Shown here piece by piece: positions 24,990 through 37,149 of a DNA stretch of 64,000 bases. The position numbers and the translations under genes are program-made. This DNA comes from Octopus bimaculoides (Eukaryota): NCBI RefSeq assembly GCF_001194135.2, contig NC_068998.1, positions 25,601,696-25,665,695 on the forward strand, in the 5' to 3' direction. Each line of letters opens with the position of its first letter. The stretch's first letter is position 1. The notes under the pieces were generated by a model, which had not been told where the DNA came from, did no database searches, and saw nothing but the letters and a program-made list of their open reading frames with translations.

Positions 24990-25150
24990 ACTATTCAATT
25001 TTTTCTCTCCGTGATTTTCTCCTTGTCTCCGTATTCTTTCTGTTGAAGAGCGTAGCTCGAAACGTAAAAGACTTTCCGTATTCCCGAGCGTCATAATAAT
25101 ACATCCTTTTGTTATTTACACCACCTGTCCTCGTCTGTTGTTTTTTCGTA
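24990..25150 (+). mobile_element. Penelope-type terminal repeat with a minimal hammerhead-like motif (copy 1)
   Basis: TCTTT-CTGTTGA-A-GAGC-GTA-GCTC-GAAAC-GTA-AAAGA at 25035-25071; flanks homologous to 48060-48230 and 57060-57200. Confidence 0.7.
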
Positions 25151-25247
25151 CATTCTCCCATATATATATATATATATCCAGAGAGAGAAAGAGTGAGAGA
25201 GAAAGAGAGAGTTAGTGAGAGAAAGAGAGAGTTAGAGAGAGAGATAG

Positions 25248-25421
25248 GTACCGGCGCGGCTATGGGTAAGAAATTTGGCTGCCAATCATATTGTTCAGGG
25301 TTCAGCCCGACTACGTGACGTGGCGCCTCGGGGCGACCAAAGCTCTCAGGTAGATTTCGTAGACAGAAACTGAAAGAACCCCAACAATTGTACATACACA
25401 CGCTATGTGTGTGTTTGTGCT

Positions 25422-25455
<34 letters not shown>

Positions 25456-25680
25456 TGTGCGTGTGTGTCTGTGTGTCTGTGTCTGTGTTTACCTATGTTC
25501 TTTGGGTTTTTGTGTATACTCTTCTATTGATTAACAATGGGTGCTGATGTATTTACGTCATCGTAACAAAGTAGTTCGGCAAAAGACACCGATATAATAA
25601 GTACCAGGCTTAAAACGTATAAATACTGGGGTCGATTCGTTCGACTAAAACGTTTGAGCCGCTGCTCTTTGCTGGTGCAC
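25248..25680 (+). mobile_element. SINE family 2, full-length with internal (TG)n
   Basis: Head ccggcgcggctatgggtaagaaatttgg..gggttcagccc; (TG)n 25405-25490; tail gttcggcaaaagacaccgatataataagtaccagg..ggggtcgattcgttcgactaaaa. Confidence 0.85.
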
Positions 25681-28600
25681 CCGAGTGAAAGTTAAAAGAT
25701 ACATATCACGAGTAATTCTTATTTCCGAAATACATTTATAATATGCATTGAACCTCTTTGACATTATAGAAGTAAAGATATGTATAGCGAAGTAATTCAA
25801 TCATAAAATTTAAATGTTCCATTTTTATCTTTCATTTGATTTATCGATTAAATTTTTGATTAATTATTACATCAAAGATGAATTTGTAAATGAATCGTTA
25901 TACTTTCTAGCAATATCTTAACAAAATTTTAATTGTTTTGTATATTTCATTAATTTATTTCTTTGATTTCGGTAATGATATTCTCCCGGTCGTAAGAAGA
26001 GCAAGAATCAATAAAAGACATATTTATCGTATTAATCATTGGATTGCGCCATATTATGCGGTTGGTATCAGCCTTTGTAACAAAATAGTGCAAAATGCGC
26101 CAGTGTCATTGAATCTAATAACAGTGACAGCGCAGCAGAAAGCTAACGATACAAGATAATGTTTGCCGTTTAGATCACTGCGTTGGATGTTTTCATTCAG
26201 ATACGACAATGAAATCTATTAAAAAAAAATGCATAATAGCAAAGAATAACGCCTTTATCGTAGTATATTTGTAGTTTGCGCGAGCTAGTTCAATGAGATA
26301 GTGTCCTGTTGAAGTTGTTTGCTTCAACGACATTAAATTCGTATAAGGAACCATAAACTACAGCATGTATGATTCTCCTCTCCTGCTTGAATTAAGAGTC
26401 AAACTGAACCAGTTGTCCAATCAGAACCTAGAACATTACTTTGGTGAACTGTATCCATATCCAGGTTTCGATTCTGAGGTTGACTGAATACACGACAGTT
26501 TATTTATGTTCATTATAATTGCATATACCAATGGGCAGTAATAGCCCAATTCCCATGTACCTTCCTATATACACTAGTTTTCTATGAGTGCCGAATCCGG
26601 TATAACAGGTTAGTGGAGAAGTAATAATATTAAAAGTATTTGAATCATATGAACCAACTGTTGTTGAATTCCTGACCAAATGGCATTATTAATCTTTGCT
26701 TATGTAGAAATCGATCAGTAATGGCCCGACAGAAATCATTAATGGATATATAAACTTAGACTATTCATAAGTAAATACACATCTGGTGATAGTATCTCTT
26801 TTATTTGCTATTAAAGTACTCACAGAACATTCTTTTCCGGCAGTTTTAAAGATTATTAAATGTTCCACTAATCGCTCTGCTGAATACAACATGGCGCAAA
26901 GTAAAAATATCAGATGCTAGCTCTCAATGCAGTAATCATTTACCGAATACTAAGAATCAAAATTACGGAAAGAATAAAGAAAATAAAACATATTGCGAAA
27001 ATAGATATTACAATTCAAAGGCAATCGCACACACTAAAAGAAGTATTGGAAATTGTCAGTGAACTGAATAGATGCATGTGTGTGTGTGTTTGTGAGTGTG
27101 TGTGTGTATGTGTGTGTGTGTGTGTTTGTGAGCGGGTGTGTGGGTGTGGGTGTGTGTGAGAGAGAGAGAGAGAGTGTGTGTGTATGGATGTATGTATGTA
27201 TCTAAAGTATAATTATTTGCTGAAAAACATAACAAAAACCAGATATATTTATCCAGGCAAATATTTAACTATTTGTTTTAAATCATTATTATTGGCTATG
27301 TTCTATGCTTATATATAGATTTCATTTAAAGTAATGTTTACTTGCAATTGCTGTCGCTTTGACTTGATCGCTCCAATCCCGTTAGGTATCTAACAAATGC
27401 ATTAAGTGAATAGAATCTATGCAAAAGCTATAGAAGTACACTTAGCAGGTGTGTGTGTGTATGGATGTATGTATGTATNNNNNNNNNNNNNNNNNNNNNN
27501 NNNNNNNNNNNNNNNNNNNNNNNNNNNATATACAAATAAATTTATATACACATGAATAAAGCTTTGCACTTGTATGTATGTATGTATGTATGTATGCATG
27601 CATGCATGTATGTATGTATGTATGTATGTATGTATATACTTTTAACAGCGACTGCATTCCACGAAAACTAAACGTTTTAGTAGAATTTTCGTATTAACCA
27701 ATGAACGCTGAATCTCTTCGACGTTTATGCAAATATTTCACAGGATATAATTCAAATAGTTTTCTTTTGCTGTCTGAATGAAAAGAAAAATTGAGTGATA
27801 CTGAATAATGTTTTGTGAATTTGTCATACCATTAGTGCAAATACACGCACTCGATGTGGAGCATCCACTTTACACCTCAGCTTTGAACTTGAAATCAATT
27901 CTACTTCATTTACACTATTGATAATCAAGCAAGATTCTATAGGCAATCGTCAGCACAAGTACGTTGTTATTTCACTGAAGAGTGTCACTATTGGGACTTA
28001 AATAAATTCCAGAAATAAGTTAGGTATACTTACCAAATGTATTTCTAGTTAACATAATGACGTTTTTGTAAGAAGGTTAATAGAACACTATCGAAAAATG
28101 GTATATTCTAGAGTCAAGAGAGGCAAAAGGGAAATAGAGTTTTACATCATTACTTGAACTCCATAACTGAAAATAGTTCTTAAATCTGTGATGGCTTTAT
28201 TCCTATAAATGCCCTCAACCTAGACTATATGCAAGATCAATATATATCATCCGGCTTGTAGGAAAACGAGTACCACTTGATCCATAGAGGGATCTCTCCA
28301 GTCTAGAGAAATTTGATAAACACTAGACTTCCCTTGCAATAACTAAATGTATTGAAAACCGATTGTATATGAAACTATTAGTTAGCAGAATTCAGAATTC
28401 GTACTTCTGACATCCCTAAATAAACCTAAGTGGCAGTTAAAAGTATCATCGTAGCTATTAAACTTTCAGTACAAATCCCTGAGGGTTGACTTTAATGATA
28501 ATGATGTCGATAAAGTGTGTATTAGTCATTCAATCAAGAGGATTCAGGCGAATGATTGGCATCTAAAATATGAGATTAGAAGCTATCATATTAGTAATAA

Positions 28601-29769
28601 TTTAAAATTAGAATGATCGAATGGCAGTAACTGCACAATTTCCGATTAAATATTTAAAACTATTTACTTTATGCCTTCTAAGATATATGTCCAAAACTCT
28701 GAGTACATTGCATTTAATGCCTTTGGCATCTATCATCTACGTAATATGTAATTTCCAAGTTGTAAAGTAAGTTTGACTAACTGCATCATCCATCATACGC
28801 TTGTGACAACGTTCATAAATAAAAAATAAAAGTATCATTATTTACAAATATATTTCGGAACGTAACAATAGTAAAACTGCTATTTCTCTCATTAGGATAT
28901 TCATATTCTTATACTGTGATTCTTTTCGACACGTTTTGCTATCGTAATATCATAAATATTTTCTCTTGTAAATATAATAAAGTGTATTTTACTGAAATTG
29001 CTTTATCGTGTTACAAATTACTATATATTTTCTTTTGCCTTCGCACGGATTACATTTTACGTTTGAAATGGATTTCTTTGATTTCCTATTTTATATATTG
29101 ATTTCCATGTGATATTTTATATTCTTTGTTTTCAGTTTAATACTTGCAATTGATTCGTGTTTATTTTGATTCATACTTATCTTTATTGCAACGCAGTTAC
29201 ACATTCGCTGTAGTTCAATGATTGGCAGAATTACTAGTTTGGCATTAATTCCAAATGTTACTGCTTGTGTTGCTGCTTATATAACATATGATTGATAATA
29301 GTAATGTGACTCTGTTACACTGGAAATATTTCTCTGAATGCTTGATTTATATGTCTTATTGTTATCGAAACCACCCACGGACAGAAAATCTTATATACGT
29401 GGAACCAGTATACAACTGCAGATACTTTTATCTTTTATTCAGAGATTCCATTTAAAATAGCATTCTTTTCAGTATTTTAGTCTTTTTCTTTTTGACTTAA
29501 AGGGCATTTCGAATCTCATCAATCCCCGTATGTTATCTGCAAAGAGAAATTGTACAACTAGAATAGTGTCATACTTCTATGCAATAGAGTTTATATGACA
29601 AAGAATTATCCTTAAACAGAATACAGTGACACAACACTTACCCATATACTTACCCGTTATACTGCAAGATTGGTTTATTCGAATTGCTTCTATTGTTCAG
29701 GACTATGTGTATGACTGAGAAATATGTATAATAAAACTCAGAATTTGAATATATATATATATATATTAT

Positions 29770-29945
29770 TTCTTAAATATTTCAGTCATTAGATTGCAGA
29801 CATGTTGGGGCACCGCCTTGAATGTTATCTGAACGAATCGACCTCAGTACATTTTTTAAAACCTATCACTTATTCTATCGGCCGCTAAATTACGGGGAAG
29901 TAAACACACAAGCACCGCTTGACAACCAGTGCCGGGCCACAACAT
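29770..29945 (-). mobile_element. SINE family 2 tail
   Basis: tttcagtcattagattgcagacatgttggggcaccgccttgaa..ttattctatcgg..cgctaaattacggggaagtaaacac. Confidence 0.85.
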
Positions 29946-29951
29946 ATCTTT

Positions 29952-30553
29952 ATGCACCTTTATAGTTGATGCTATCCTCGTCACATGATCAAAGTTTGAT
30001 CCGGATCGCACCATTTTTCTATCTGGCTTTACAGTGTAAGCATGGCCGTTCCACTAGCAATGTGCACAAAAGAACAAAGAGCAGTGATCCGATTACTATG
30101 GTCGGAAAGTTTATCAAGTGCTGGAAAAAGGGTGTACGATCAACAGCGCAAGTGTCAGTGTTTTGCTGGCCAAGAAACTAAAGCGAGCAATTCACACCAA
30201 ATGCCGATGCCTACTGTCAAAGAACGTTTTCCTGCTGCATGATAATGACCGCCTACACAATTGAAACCATGAACGAATTGTGCTAAACGCCTCCGATGAA
30301 TTTCAGCACTTGACACACCTTCCGACTAAAGATATTGGATCACTGCTCTTTGTTCTTTTTTGGTGCACATTGCTTGTGTAGAAGCCATGCTTACACTGTA
30401 AAGACTGGGAGAGAAAAACTGTGAGATCAGGCCCAAACTTCGATCAAGTGACTAAAATAGTATCAACTATAAGTAGGCATGCGCAGAAGGCAGTGCAACA
30501 ATAATAAAGATATATTATAGCGAAAGTGGGGATAATTTTTGACTTTCTCTCGA
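29952..30553. mobile_element. Fold-back (palindromic) mariner derivative
   Basis: Arm 29952-30130 (MAVPLAMCTKEQRAVIRLLWSE) is inverted relative to 30300-30480; centre encodes KRAIHTK..VFLLHDND; TIR-like tttttgactttctctcga at ~30536-30553. Confidence 0.85.
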
Positions 30554-32639
30554 ATATATGTGTTCCACTGTTCTACAGAGAGTAACGCAAGACTGGATGT
30601 GGTTAGCAAGCTACTTACCACACAACCACTCCTGTGCCCTTTGTTTATTNNNNNNNNNNNNNNNNNNNNNNNNNNNNNNNNNNNNNNNNNNNNNNNNNNN
30701 NNNNNNNNNNNNNNNNNNNNNNNNNNNNNNNNNNNNNNNNNNNNNNNNNNNNNNNNNNNNNNNNNNNNNNNNNNNNNNNNNNNNNNNNNNNNNNNNNNNN
30801 NNNNNNNNNNNNNNNNNNNNNNNNNNNNNNNNNNNNNNNNNNNNNNNNNNNNNNNNNNNNNNNNNNNNNNNNNNNNNNNNNNNNNNNNNNNNNNNNNNNN
30901 NNNNNNNNNNNNNNNNNNNNNNNNNNNNNNNNNNNNNNNNNNNNNNNNNNNNNNNNNNNNNNNNNNNNNNNNNNNNNNNNNNNNNNNNNNNNNNNNNNNN
31001 NNNNNNNNNNNNNNNNNNNNNNNNNNNNNNNNNNNNNNNNNNNNNNNNNNNNNNNNNNNNNNNNNNNNNNNNNNNNNNNNNNNNNNNNNNNNNNTATATA
31101 TATATATATTCAGAGGCCGCCTGTCAACACTTTTAATAATGAAATTTGAATTTCTATCATAGATGTCAGTAAATTTAGTAAGGATGAAAACAGAAAATTT
31201 CAAATGTCACAGTCTTAGGTCTCATGAGTGAGTAGTAAAGTATGTTATGAATAACTGAAACAAAGTAGAAATTATGGGATAATATGCAGAGACATAATAC
31301 TGAAAAGTCGTTCATGATAGATGGCGCCTGATAATATATGTAACATATTGTTTGATCTCTGCGAATATGCGCTCCTCACTCCCAAAAATGATATAGTGCC
31401 TAATATTTGATACACGCTAATACAATACGAACTTAAAAGTTAGTTCCAACTAATATTTTGATGTTAATGATAATGGCAAGTATTCCAAATAGCTTCTCAA
31501 TTTTTTTCAACCAATTGCTGTTTCCCCGCATATTCTGCGACTATTAATTGAGCTGGTGGAAAGTAACTAACGGCGATAGTTTTCTCCAAGATGTATAACA
31601 AATATAAGCACGATCATAAATTATATAATCAGTATTTTCTGTGGTTGAAAGTATCTATTTCTAAAATAAATATCCATAGAAATAACCGTTCTCATGTTTA
31701 CAAGGCCGATATTTCGATTCCTGTCCACTATCATGAATTATTTTTTATTCGGTGCAGGATTCAAGATTGGCGAAACGAGAAGATTAAGATTATTTGTATG
31801 GTTAGTTAAACGAAAAGTTAAGGAAAAGTAAATCAGGCAACAAATTATGGCTACCTGTTCGAAATGCATACATCATGGTATTACGCTGTTTTGTCGTTAC
31901 TAGATCTATTAGTCGAGTATTTCAATCAAATATAATCTCATCTGTTATGACATTAAAATTATGTCTTAACATGATTACATCTGTATTTCCACCGAACAAC
32001 TACAATAATTATTTTACTTAAATTGCATTATCGTTTTCACGAATAGTTTCCAATGCCTATTATTTTACTTTATAATAACAATGATCAATGACTAAATCAT
32101 TTCACATACGTATAATTTTAAATATATTGCTTCTCTTGCAAATTCGTAATTTTGCCAGTTTCTTCTAAGCAATTAGATTTAGGCAATTTCCGTTTGATCA
32201 TTTGGAGCATAAGCGTGTATTTTGAAAGTGTATTCATATAATATTGATTTCCTTTTCATAGCTCGTCAGTCAATCACCAATTATTATATTTACATGGACT
32301 ATTGTATATAGTTTATTAAATACGTGGATTATATTGTATAATAAACTGCAGTAATATGCGGAAATCAGATGAAGCAATTTTGTGTATAGACATAAACATA
32401 TTATATTTCGGTATTTCTTTAGCTAATCTCATACATGGATTTTCATTGCTTAAAAATGTACATAAAAACACATACAAACACGTACACATGCAAACGCATA
32501 AACAGCACTCAAGCAAACACAGTACACACAGACATTCACACGTAATTAGTTTTAATTATTTGAGTATGGCTATACTAAAGCACTACCATGCATGGTGCTT
32601 GTACAATTTTTGAACCCTAGTCTATATTTCAGCTTGTAT

Positions 32640-33700
32640 TATATTTAATGAAACACATTTTGTTGTACCACTTTGATAGAGATCTGTTTAGTACAAGGAG
32701 TGTTTCATTTCTGAGGACGTACTCCTGTATTTGTCTGATTGTTGCGTCCTGCTGGTATATGGATAAAATGTTGATGTCCAGTCGACCCAGTGGGCCTCCA
32801 TGTTGGTCTTTGTCATGTTGTAGAGTGTGGAGGATTGATTTTTGTCGTCATATTGTTTCAAATGTCCATTTAATCTCCACGTAATGCTTCTACACGTCTC
32901 ACCAATGTATGTCATGCTCTTGTCTTTAAAAGCACCCTCTGTGCACCTTATGCTGTACACTACATTTCTAGTTCTACAGTTAATGCCAGGGTTGATCTTA
33001 CATGCCATGTAGTTCTGACTGGTGCATGCAGTATTCGTAAATGGGTACGCCGTACCTAACTGTGAGATATGATGGAGTTTTTCAACGTTTTTAATGTTGA
33101 GTTTGGTCTCTTTCAAAGCTTTCTTAAATCTTCGAGTTAGTTCTCCATAGGCTGTGCCCTCTACAAACATCACTCCTTAATATCTGCCGGCCTTGTTTGC
33201 CTTGTCACAAACTCCCTCTATCTTATTCCAGTCTTTACTTCTATATCCATGACAGGTACCACTGGTTTCATAACACATAGTGCTATCTAACTTATTTCTA
33301 GCTCTCCTGTATACACGAATCCAATCTTTCTGGTAATATCTAGAGAATTTCATGCTGTGCAAGAAGTTCTGTAAATAATACCTTGCTTTATAGGGTTCGG
33401 ATAAGGGGAACACATTATTCATTATCTTAACTAAGTCTGCCATCAGTATGTTGTTTGTCATGTTGTGTAACAAAGCTGGGTTCTTGTGCACAACATATTT
33501 AGAAGCTATAGGTATCATATAATAGGCGTGGAGGAGCTGCACTGTTAGTCTGTGACCAAAGTTCAGTTATAAGGACAGGGAATATATTGTTAGGATGCCC
33601 AGTGGGGTAATCTATAGTTACCATGATTCTTTGGTGGGTGGAGTTAGCAACGAGCTGGATGCTCTTCATTCAACAGCATTTCGTTCTCAGCCGAGGCCCA
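32640..33700 (-). mobile_element. Penelope-like element (RT-thumb region + GIY-YIG), 5' truncated
   Basis: ILMADLVKIMNN..NFLHSMKFSRYY; MFVEGTAYGELTRRF; NCRTRNVVYSIRC..TYIGETCRSITWRLNGH..QSSTLY. Confidence 0.9.
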
Positions 33701-33807
33701 CAAAATAAGTACCAGTCTATCATTGGGGTCCAAGTAATCGATTTATCTCCTGCTCCGAAATCGCTGGTGTTATGCCACAATTTTAAAATCAATACTTTCA
33801 AGTATAT

Positions 33808-33900
33808 TAAGGCAGCGAGCTGGCTGAAACGTTGGCGCACTGGGAGAAATGCTTAGCGGCATTTCGTCTTTACTTTTCATCCTTTACCCTTCATCGATTT
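33808..33900 (+). mobile_element. SINE family 1, 5' fragment
   Basis: ggcagcgagctggctgaaacgttggcgcactgggagaaatgcttagcggcatttcgtc matches the head at 50761. Confidence 0.8.
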
Positions 33901-34339
33901 TAACTTTCATCCTTTACCTTTGACTTTATCTTTCATCGATTTTACTTTTCCTCGTTTAGTGCTATTTTCACTTACGAGTTTATTTCGATTTACTCGTTTT
34001 ACATATCAATTTTCCTCATTGAAAAAAATTAGAATATAATTAATCCGTTCCAGACCCACAAAACTACCCCAAAACAATTTTTATGGGTTTTAAAACAGAA
34101 AAGGTGCAGTTTCAAAGAAAATGGCAATTATATAAACATAATATAAGAGAATGCTAAAGAAATATCTAAACTGGTTTTCTTAATTTAAGTACCTCAAAGA
34201 TAGGGAGAGAAGGATTATTGTTTGGAAGGAGAAACTTTCATTAAGAATTCAAGAAGAAGAATACCTAGAGTTTTCGCTCTCACTTCGCTTAATTTAGGCT
34301 TTTTGCATTTACTGTCTTCACTTTTCACACTTGCAGGGC

Positions 34340-35955
34340 ATTTCATTAGAAATATATGAAGAGAAGACTGCTCTTTCCTGCCTTTCAAAATGTTACGAAA
34401 ATGTACCAGAGCAATGACATTAAATAAGGCAGCAGCACGAACTGTAGATACTTTTTCAGGATGATTTTGTTCAACAGATTCAGAAACATACTGCCACCCT
34501 TGACAACCCTACCTTCCCCTCCGGGGAACCAATCTCTTCTACCGCATCCGAATACTGCTGCTCCTGAAGCTGCATGAATCCAACTGTCGTCACCTACTCT
34601 GAGTGTTCTTCGGCGCAATCGTTAATATGCCCATCGTCAAGCTCGAGGCCTATGGGCTTGCCAAGAGACACTATCCCCTCGACTACAGGTGTCTCAGACT
34701 TAAACCCCTCGAAGTTTCTTCCTGATACATAGTCAGACCACATTTTCGAACATGCAGAATTGAGCGTTCTCCTCGTTACACCTTGTAAGGCCATATTGAT
34801 GCTTTTCAGGCAGTTAGCAATATCGTAGAGCTCCTTCTAAAACACACGAAGAGTTAGATTTGTATTTTCGGTGACTTCAAAGCGTCGAGGAAACAGATGT
34901 TTGGTGTACCATTCGGTGAAGAATTGCCTGGTGACCGAGGCCTTAACGTTTGCTCTCCATATAACTTGTAGCCGCTCCTTCAGGATTTTGTGCGACTTAG
35001 ATGCTCGTGGGTTTTCGGAATACTAGACAAGGAGCAGCTTAACTTCTAAGTCTGTACTCGCTTTGGAACAAAGGGTGAGTTAGTTTATCTTTCATAGACT
35101 TGTGGCTTGGTATTTTCCTCTCCTTTAAAGTTGCGTGGGTTTTTCTGGGTATTTTCTTTTTTCAAAACAGGCCAGTTTCATCACAGTTGAATACTTGTGA
35201 AATGTACCGCTCTGCTGTGGTGAGCTCACGGCATTCAAACATGAGTTCCTCAAGTGCCATCGTGTCAGTATTCGTTGTTTTTCTATACTTCACGGCGATT
35301 TGGACACCAGTCCTCTTCTTGAAATTGTCGAACCGGCTGCCTCTGGCCTTAAATACGTCTGCTGATGTCTCCTCCGTCGATGTTTCAGGGTTCTGCTTCA
35401 GGGGATTTCCATGCAGTGCTCCTACGTCCTTGCAGTTGATGGTTTCGTAGCCGTATGCCCCACGAGTTGACTCTCTGTGATCCACAAGAGAAGTAATTTT
35501 TCCATCACTTCGTGGACAGATGTGTATTACTTGGAGAGCCTGGAGACACCCGTTGCTATTGTAACGTCCTTGATTTCGTCCTTTTTTTTCAGGATCGTGC
35601 AGATCGTCGAAGTCTTTCAGTCGTATTAACATGCTATGTCCACTATACGCACTTCTCTCTCTCATGTTTCTCAATGATTTCGTTCATCAATTCTGTCCAA
35701 ATCAGCTTTTTCTTCTTTTCAGCACTGTCCTTTGCACTACCTTTCTTGGGACCCATGGCTAACACAAATATTTATTATAAAATGATAGCAAAAAACGCGC
35801 AAAACTAAAAAGAAATACTAGGAAAAACACAATAAGAATGCTGTCACAACGAAATAAACACGTGAAATGAGCGAGCGGAGGCTGTGTTTGTTGGGAGAGT
35901 GTATGCGATCTCAGCGCTGAGTAGCAATCGCTTGTATGAAACTTCCACATACTGA
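34340..35955 (-). mobile_element. pogo/Tigger DNA transposon, decayed
   Basis: MGPKKGSAKDSAEKKK; FKARGSRFDNFKKRTG; QVFNCDETGLF; downstream SENPRA-like and ELQEQQYSD motifs. Confidence 0.93.
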
Positions 35956-36059
35956 TAGTTTCCACTCGTACTCTAACGAAAAAATTACCGCTCTACAACA
36001 AATTACTTGTACAATGTTGCAAACATGCTGCGAGGATATACTATGTATTGAGACAGTGA

Positions 36060-36093
36060 GAGAGATGACAGACAGACAGACAGACAGACAGAC

Positions 36094-36149
<56 letters not shown>

Positions 36150-36165
36150 GGATGGACGGATAGAA
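36060..36165. repeat. (GACA)n/(GATA)n microsatellite
   Basis: Direct inspection. Confidence 0.97.
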
Positions 36166-37149
36166 AAATAGATAAATGGGTACCACCTTACAATTTCAGA
36201 ATATAAGTTACATTTGCTATAGGTTTTGTTTGTACATTCGCATATACACTAAATATATGCACATACACTGAACCGGAAAAGAAACGCGAGATTTGTGTGA
36301 CTGTGAAATATGTTTTAATTTCATTATGTCAGAGATAAATTTTGATAAATCTGATGAAGTCAAGTCCTTGCATGCAGTTTGACTACAGTCTATGGATTCT
36401 TGTCGTGTGTTCTGGTAGTGGGTGGATCCAGCACATCCTGATTGTAAGGCGTGACATGTTCAATACTGTGTAATGCCCTCCCTATGTTCAAAACGGCTAT
36501 ACACCGTCGGAACATGGAATGCATGAGGTGGTTCACAAACGCCATTTGCATCTGTGCCCACACCCTGAGGAAAGCAGTCTCCAGTTCCACATGAGTTGTC
36601 GGCTTTGAGGCCACCTAGTTTAGCCGTCTCTGGATTTCATCCCTCAGGTGTTCAATTGGGTTCAAATCCGGACTGAGAGCCGGCCACGGTATCGTTCTAA
36701 TGTTGTGCTGACGCAGAAAGTCCATGGTGACCCTGGCCGTGTGGAAAGGAGCATTGTCCTGCTGGAGCATTGTTCTACTGGCTCTGGTTACACGTGAAGA
36801 AGGGCACGATGTGCGGTTTTAGGATCGGGCCAACGTAACGCAGTTCAGTGATGCCATTCTCTCTGCCTGGACCAATATTTTGGAACACATGGAACCCAAT
36901 TCTCTGTTTCAGGTCTATAGGACCCACAAACCATAATGTTTGGGCCACCCCACGCGTCTCTCTGCGAGCACGATCTGCAGTGCGTGCTGTTGGTGTAATT
37001 GTATCGCTGTTGCAGGCGATAGATGGTGCTGACATGGACATTGTAAGCTTTCGCAATATCCAGACCACGCTACTCCGCTTGCAATCAGCCGATAGCTTGT
37101 TCTCTAGGCGCTGCTGACAATCGGGTCATACATGATGCCTCCAAATTAC

